From Octopus vulgaris (Eukaryota): DNA of 64,000 nt. Both the position numbers and the translations under genes were made by a program. The stretch covers positions 43,090,001 to 43,154,000 of the forward strand of contig OX597837.1 in assembly GCA_951406725.2 (NCBI GenBank), given 5' to 3'. The notes below the pieces were generated by a model. That model made no database searches. It worked only from the letters and a program-made list of their open reading frames with translations, and had not been told where the DNA came from. Of the stretch, positions 55,990 to 64,000 are shown piece by piece. How positions within the stretch are numbered: position 1 is the first letter of the stretch; every line of letters starts with the position of its first letter.

Positions 55990-56195
55990 AGTACTGATCT
56001 TTGTGGATCTTAAAATGTCTCTTGATGCCTCTGTTAGATTTGCTGGCTTTATGGCATACAAGGCATTGAAAGGTGTACACAGACATATAGGCAGAATAGT
56101 TGGTGGAGGTTCGTTTTCCATGGGTCTGCGTCCGCAAATGAGATTTGAGCCCAGCAAAATAAAGCCATGGTCTGTCACAAACTGTGCACGCAAAA
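55990..56195 (-). pseudogene. Fragment encoding two C2H2-type zinc fingers, probably a LINE ORF terminus relic
   Basis: [25 protein letters not shown] and FQCLVCHKASKSNRGIKRHFKIH in one frame; no TGEKP linker; 5' end buried in microsatellite. Confidence 0.65.
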
Positions 56196-56236
56196 AGTGT
56201 ATATACACACGCACATATATATATGTATATACACAC

Positions 56237-56297
<61 letters not shown>

Positions 56298-57617
56298 TAT
56301 ATATATATATTACATTAATAGTCAGTTTGAATCTTGCTTGCTTGCAATGTTATTCAGCCAAACTGGCCAATAATGGGAAATTACTATGAATTCAGTTTAC
56401 CTTGAAATGTTAATACGAATCGAATGAAACAAGTTTCGCGTAAATCGGTAAACAAGTTTTCAAGATATTAGAGATTTTCGGGGTATAAATATCCAAAACC
56501 GTGCATAGTGGGATAATGTTCCGAAAATAATCTTCATCCAGAAAGGGAAGAAGCTCTTATCTTTCTATTAGACAGTAAGTTGACAACGAAAAAATACGAT
56601 TTTTTTTACAGTATATGTTTCTATTTTCGCTTTTGTTAAACACAATATTTTAATCCTTTAGAAATATCTTCAAGTGAATGTAATATAAAAAATGTAAGTT
56701 ACTTGTACAGTAAGTATTTATATTTTAGTTTTCTTTAAACAGACAATATTTTAATGTTTTCTTTTAAATTATTTTCAAGTGAATACCATTACAAAAATTT
56801 TTTTTTTCATATTTAAAAATTATTCTAAAGTAGATATCACTTTAAAAATACGGTAAATATTTCATAAAAGACCCTTCCGTAACCTCAGTGTGAAATAGTT
56901 TTTTTCTGTAGGTTTTTTTTCGTGTGCATTCAACGTATCCCACCTCAAAAGATTTGGCTGCTATTTCTAGCGACAAATGACTTGAAATACCTGTTACGTG
57001 ATAGCAGGGCGTGCCAGAAATACCAGCTTATTCTTTCCTTTTCTGGGGGAAAGGAGCCGTTTACACGTGATTTCGATGTCATTCAATGAAAGCGTGCGAA
57101 ATAACTTGGAAAAGGAAAAGGTGCTGGGAAACTCAGAGATACCCGGTGATCCAACAGCAGTAATTTTATTCAGCTGAATACACGTTATTGATTGGTTGAA
57201 ATTACCGAAATTATCGAAATACGGCAACTTTAACGTGAAATAACTTCCTAAATATAAGCTTTTCTCAAAAACGCTAAGAGTAAAAGATGTTTTATATGAC
57301 ACATTCTACCAGAATCCGAAGTTTGTAAGTGTTTAGTTACGAAAAAATATTTTTTAAAATCTGTCGGTCAAAAGTCAAAGATCCTATCTCAGTGTTACCA
57401 GCTGAGTGGACTGGAGTAACGTGAAATAAAGTGTCTTGCTGAAGGACACAACGTGGCACCGGGAATCGAACTCACAACCTTATGATTTTCAGATGAATAC
57501 CCTAACAGCTAAGCCACGCACCTTATAAAAAAAACCAAAAAGCCAAACAACCATATACACAATCACTCATACACATACGTATAATGAAATACGTGTACAC
57601 AATATAGGTGTATGTAG

Positions 57618-57948
57618 TGACGCCACATGGCTTAGTATTTAGGGTATTCGGCTCATGATGCCAGGGTGCGCATCGTGAGTTCGATACCCAGCGACGCGTT
57701 ATTTCATTCAGCAAGGCACTTTATTTTACTTTATTGCTCCATTCCACTCAGCTGACAAAAATGAGTTGTACCTTATTTAAAAAGGGGCCAACCTTGTCAC
57801 ACTCTGTGTCACGCTGAATATCCCCGAAAACAACATTTAGGGCACGCATGTCTGCAGTGCATTCAGCCACTTGCAGTAAATTTCACGAGTTGGCTGTTCC
57901 GTTGATCAGATCATCTAGAGCTCTCATCGTCGCAACTGACGGAGTACC
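57618..57948 (+). mobile_element. Old SINE family B-related copy with CORE-like domain (divergent partner head at 57395-57522, minus)
   Basis: tggcttagtatttagg...gagttcgatacc; gcaaggcactttatttt..ttgctccattccactcagctg; family tail. Confidence 0.8.
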
Positions 57949-58299
57949 AGTTCAGTGTATGTAAATGTGTGTGCTTGCGTTGGGTGCTGTATCGGTTGGG
58001 CTTAGCCTACGAAATCCAACTGCGCTGCTGGGGCGAACGCGGAATCACATGCTACATAACCACACACCTATTCTTAGAAACCATAATTACAGAGGAATTA
58101 ACTACTTCAACCAGCTATTGAAACCGCGTTAGAATATAAATGAACTGTGATAAACTTTTATAATTACTGAAATAACTCATTGGTTATTTTTTTGGAAATA
58201 TTTATGTACAGTTTATGTCTATATTTCATGAAAGCGATCAAATATTCGCGGATCTATCTCTTTCTATCTATCTATGTGTATATATATCTATATAGTCTG

Positions 58300-58351
<52 letters not shown>

Positions 58352-58995
58352 GTAATTTATATTATAAGCACAAAGAAACATGTATGTATAGGTATATAGA
58401 TTATGATTGTGTGTATCCGTATATATATATATATATATACGAAGAAATTTTTGTGTGCATGTTGTTTTAGGGATACATATATTAGAATTGATGGAGTGGA
58501 TAAATGATAAATAGATAGATAGATAGATAGAGTGAAAGAGAGAGAGAGAATGAGAAAGAGACAGAGAATGAGAGAGTGTGCTGTTACGTGGTGGAATATG
58601 AAAAACTCGACGCAAACACTTTGTTCCAGATAAATGTAATCAACTATATGCAAGGATACGAAGCGTATAATGAGTAACATCGTTTGATGAACTGTAAATA
58701 TTTATCAATTTTAATAAGAATCTAAAAGTATTGAGCAATAAAATATATACATTAAAATACAATAAAAGACAGATTATAGTAAATGTAATATTTTTAATGA
58801 GCATTTTGCCTTTTTTTCTCTCAGCCATTAATATTGAAATATTAAAGAGCGCTGTGCTCACCAAAACATCACAAAGTCGGACTGAATACTTTTGTCGTAT
58901 CAAAATCTGTTCGTTTTACGTTCAATCTGCAAATCCTGCGTGTGTAGAGACGTATCATCTGTCATTCAAGATGGCCGATCAAATATTTTATGGGC

Positions 58996-59069
<74 letters not shown>

Positions 59070-59359
59070 TTGTACAGGTGTCGTTTCCATTGTGAGATGA
59101 GAAATAGGAATTCTGTTATCCATTTGTAAGATTTTTGCAGCAAGTTAAACAAAGCTATTCTATATATGAATCGACAAGGGAGGGTTTAAGATGGTCTCAC
59201 TGGTGACTGCTTGAAACAGAAGTCAAATGTCCATTAAATCAAACATGAAAACAGACAAAAACAGAAATACACACATATACACACGCAAGCAAACAAACAA
59301 TCTCTGGTTCAACGCACAGACTCACAGATATGTGTATAAATATATATGCAGGTAAGTTT

Positions 59360-59740
<381 letters not shown>

Positions 59741-59861
59741 TTTAGGTCTGCCTAACTCATTCTTTCTTTCTCTCTCTCCCCTCTCTCTCTTTCCATCTCT
59801 CTTTTATATATTTCTTTCCTTATGTTTGTATGTATGTATCCCTCTCCCTCTCTCTCTCTCA

Positions 59862-59924
<63 letters not shown>

Positions 59925-60641
59925 TATATGCATATATACACACACACACGCACACACACAAATATATGCACACACACAAAGACACACATACACACACACA
60001 CGCAAACATATATGCGTGACGGCTTGATATATGTGATATGTACATACAAACATCCACCAAAACATTCACACACATATACAAACACATACACACAAACACA
60101 CGCTTACACACATACGAACATAAAAACAAAATCTACACACTCATAATACACACAATCAAGCAAACACACAACCTTAACATACAAACCAATACACACACAC
60201 ACAAACATAGACCCATACACATACACACGCGAGGTATATGTGTGAATGTGTGATTGGGAGGTGAGAATTCCCCTAAAGAGAAACTAAAACAATATTTTCC
60301 AATGGTTTTCGCATATATCAAATATTCGTGTAAATATTGGAACACGTTGAATATTTGTAATGAAAATATACATTTCTGTTCAAGTATCTGTAATTACTGC
60401 TGTATTTCAGATATCATTCTCCCTGTGGCGACAGATTTGGTTTTGTGTTTTGTCACAAGAAAAATAAAAATAATTTTACATCAATCTGTCGGGTTTACTC
60501 TATACTTTTGTAGCGTATGAATTTATTATTCTTGAACAAGGCGCAGGAGTGGCTGTGTGGTAAGTAGCTTGCTAACCAACCACATGGTTCAGGGTTTAGT
60601 CCCACTGCGTGGCATCTTAGGCAAGTGTCTTCTGCTATAGC

Positions 60642-61022
60642 ACATAAACACACCAACACCGGTTGTCAAGCAGTAACGGGGGAAAAGATACACATATTTA
60701 TTAAGCCTTGTATTTAACATATCTGTTCCTTTTTTCCGAACCGCTAGTGTATAGGAACATAAACACACCAACACCGGTTGTTAAGCAGTAACCGATGAGA
60801 AGATACACATATTTATTAAGCCTTGTATTTAACATATCGGTTCCTTTTTTCCGAACTGCTAGTTTATAGGAACATAAACACACCAACACCGGTTGTCAAG
60901 CAGTAACGCGGGAGAAGAAACACATATTTATAAAGCTTTGTATTTAACGTATCGGTTCCTTTCTCCGAACCGCTAGTTTATAGGAACGTAAACTCACCAA
61001 CACCTGTTGTCAATCAGTAACG
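60642..61022. repeat. 115-bp tandem repeat x3.3 derived from SINE family A tail
   Basis: acataaacacaccaacaccggttgt at ~60642, 60757, 60872 and 60987; adjacent to a family A head at 60541-60640. Confidence 0.9.
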
Positions 61023-61261
61023 GGGGAGGGGGTACACACACACGCACACACACACGCACACACTCGCACACATTTATTAAGCCTAATAATGATCGGGTTC
61101 TATAAAAATGTCAAGCGCCGAAATCAGTGTGTAGGGAAAGAGAAAGACCGGCAGCTCAGGTTAAAGGTCTCCACCAACGTAAAGTGTTGTTGTCTGTTTG
61201 GTGGGATGTGAAAGATTTAGTCAACTTTGAACTTTCAAACCCAAACCAAATGATAAAGAAG

Positions 61262-62099
61262 ATCCACTCTTACCCAAATCTTCGGTGATAATGGACTGAA
61301 CTGAACTGTAACTAATATGCACATCCTCTGATAACTCAAGGATGGTGATCCGACGATTTTCCCTCACAGCTGCACGTACATCTGCAATGTTCTTCTCTGT
61401 TCTACTGGTTGCAGGCCTCCCTGAACGTTCGTCAATATCGATAAGTTTTCGGCCCTCCTGGAAACGCCTGAATCACACGTACACTTGTGAGCGGTTCATA
61501 AAATCCTTTCCATAAACTTTATGCAACTTTCATCATCATCATTGTTCGACCGTGGTCGGGACAATGGAATTTACCATGCCACGCCAGACTTCACGGTCCA
61601 TCATGGCATTACGGAGGTCCTGTTGCTGGATGCCTGTATCCCTGGAGATTACATCAGGGTAGGAGAGTGTGCGCCCTCTGGTATCGCGAGTAGATGGCTT
61701 CCAGAGGAGAAGAGTAGAAATTACCCCGTCTTCAGCTCTACAACAATGTCCAGCAAACTGGACTCTCCTACCTTTCACAAGAGATGACACAGGTGGTAGT
61801 TTCCCATATATTTGCATTTTGGTTGGATGGCGCCTCCACGAGAGATTTCGAGCTCTTTACGTAGGTCTCTGGGCAGGTATCGCTATGACAGCTTTCTCTA
61901 TCATGTTCAGTGCTACGATCACCCGTTACAGACGTTCCTCCAAGCACTGCTACAAACAGCAGAAGTGATCTAGAACAGTAAAACTTAATGTGCACACACA
62001 GGAGAGTCCAAGCGCAATCTCTACCTAGTGGCTTTAGTCATTGTGCTTTAGCTTCGTTACTATGGCAACAGTCCGGATACTTATTGATCAGACCTCGTA
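61262..62099 (-). mobile_element. Mariner (Tc1/mariner) transposon relic: 5' TIR + N-terminal transposase, split by an RTE insertion
   Basis: TA-CGAGGTCTGATCAATAAGTATCCGGAC end at 62099-62071; DTCPETYVK | LHKVYGKDFMNRSQVYV*FRRFQEGRKLIDIDERSGRPATSRTEKNIADVRAAVRENRRITILELSEDVHISYSSVQSIITEDLG (mariner HTH motifs). Confidence 0.9.
61529..61854 (-). mobile_element. 5'-truncated RTE-type LINE (ORF C-terminus + (TGA)n tail)
   Basis: IYGKLPPVSSLVKGRRVQFAGHCCRAEDGVISTLLLWKP...YPDVISRDTG...LRNAMMDREVWR, then tgatgatgatga. Confidence 0.88.
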
Positions 62100-62135
62100 T
62101 GCAAAGTGTGCCCGACAAGTCATATCTCTTTCTTT

Positions 62136-62477
62136 CTCTCTTTACTTGTTTCAGTCATTTGACTACGGCCATGCTGGAGCACCGCCTTTAGTCGAGCAAA
62201 TCGACCCCGGGACTTATTCTTTGTAAGCCCGGTACTTATTCTATCGGTCTCTTTTGCCGAACCGCTAAGTGACGGGGACGTAAACACACCAGCATCGGTT
62301 GTCAAGCAATGCTAGGGGGACAAACACAGACACACACACGCACATATATATATATATATGCATATATACGACAGGCTTCTTTCAGTTTCCGTCTACCAAA
62401 TCCACTCACACGGCAAGATGCCCGGAACCATGTGGTTGGTTAGCAAGCTACTTACCACACAGCCACTCCTGCGCCTA
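62136..62477 (-). mobile_element. SINE family A with internal deletion
   Basis: Tail and head match the family; ~60 bp missing. Confidence 0.88.
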
Positions 62478-63019
62478 TATATTGTGAATAGAAATGCACT
62501 TTAAGTAACAAATTTAAAAACATTATTTAATACAACAATATTTCTTTACTGTAATGAAACTTTTCCGATTTAGCCGTAAGCAACACCGAATAAATATTAA
62601 TATATTCCTTATTCTAAATACTTCTAGCATTTGACAATATCACTACTCCAGCAGTAATATGGTTTACATTTCCTTAAATCTAAATCTAAAAGTAGTGTTG
62701 TGTATATGCATATATGTGTATGAGTGTGTGTTTGTGTGTGTCTGCGTGCGTGTGTTTGTGTGTGTGTGTGTGTGCGTATGTGTGTGTATGTGTGTATATG
62801 TGTATGCGTGTGTTTGTGTGTATCTGCGTGTATGTGTTTCTGTGCGAATGTATGTGTGTGTACGTGCGTGTGTGCATGTATGTTTGTGTCTGTGTGTGTG
62901 TGCGCGCGTGCGTATGTCTGTGCGTGTGTTTGTGTGGGTGTGTGTATACACACATTTAAACTTATATATATATATATTTAGAGATTTGCATATGTACACA
63001 CATGGCCGTGTAGTAAGTG

Positions 63020-63560
63020 TAGGCGCAGGCGTGGCTGTGTGGTCAGAAACTTGCTTCCCAAGTCCCCACCATAAGGTTCCAGGTTCCATCCCGCTGCACG
63101 ACACCTTGGACAAGTGTCTTCTACTATAGCCTCATGCTGACCAAAGCCTTGTTAGTGGATTCGGTCGGCGGAAACTGAAAGAAGCGTGTGTGTGTGTCCC
63201 CTTTACAACTCGGCAACCGGGATATTTACGTCTCCGTAAACTAGCAGTTCGGTCGCCACGAACCCGGAACCATGTGGTTGGTAAGCAAGCTACTTACCAC
63301 ACAGCCACTCCTGCGCCTACTATATTTATATATATACTCTTTTACTCTCTCTCTTTTACTTGTTTCAGTCATTTGACTGCGGCCATGCTGGAGCACCGCC
63401 TTTAATCGAGCAACTCGACCCCGGGACTTATTCTTTTGTAAGTCCAGTACTTATTCTATCAGTCTCTTTTGCCGAACCGCTAAGTAACGGGGACATAAAC
63501 ACACCAGCATCGTTTGTCAAGCAATGCTAGGGGGACAAATACAGACACACAAACACACAT
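63020..63560. mobile_element. Cluster of SINE family A fragments on both strands
   Basis: Plus head 63020-63190, minus head 63260-63318, minus tail 63345-63560. Confidence 0.85.
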
Positions 63561-63612
63561 ACGCATACATATATATATACATATATATATATATATTAAT
63601 GTATATATATTA

Positions 63613-63654
<42 letters not shown>

Positions 63655-63726
63655 TGCCCAAGGTACCACGCAGTAATATATATATATATATATAACCATG
63701 TATATATATATATATATAATATATAT

Positions 63727-63834
<108 letters not shown>

Positions 63835-64000
63835 GGTTCATAAATGTGTGTGTATAAATACGTATGCATAAAATTCGTGCGTGCATTTGGTTGCACATCA
63901 GTGTGACGCGTATGTTTTCAGCGTGCGTGTGTGTGCATACGTATATCGAAACGAATATTCATCCACCCACACAACAAACCAGCCAGCCAGCCAACAAAAC

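Noticed and set aside
56400-57390. Possible DNA-transposon/MITE remnants
   Set aside because: No TIR pair or TSD could be delimited by eye.

Overview
AT-rich eukaryotic genomic DNA, most likely a coleoid cephalopod (Octopus-like). This is inferred from the dense tRNA-derived SINE families and the extreme microsatellite load. No intact protein-coding gene is visible; nearly all listed ORFs are translations of simple repeats or SINEs. Recognisable coding relics are an R4/Dong-clade LINE fragment (zinc knuckle + RLE endonuclease, ~3.0-3.7 kb), a two-C2H2-finger fragment (~56.0-56.2 kb), and a mariner transposase relic with TIR, split by an RTE LINE 3' end (~61.3-62.1 kb). Two unusual signals stand out. 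(1) There are about ten minimal type-I hammerhead-ribozyme-like motifs in Penelope-like/retrozyme-like relics, repeatedly arranged as inverted pairs. These include a near-perfect 1.86-kb palindrome (48705-50564) nested in the internal (TA)n of a single SINE. (2) A same-orientation array of at least five diverged, non-SINE cassettes lies between ~22 and 38 kb and carries splice-site-like signals. Family names come from motif recognition, not database searches, and repeat boundaries are approximate.
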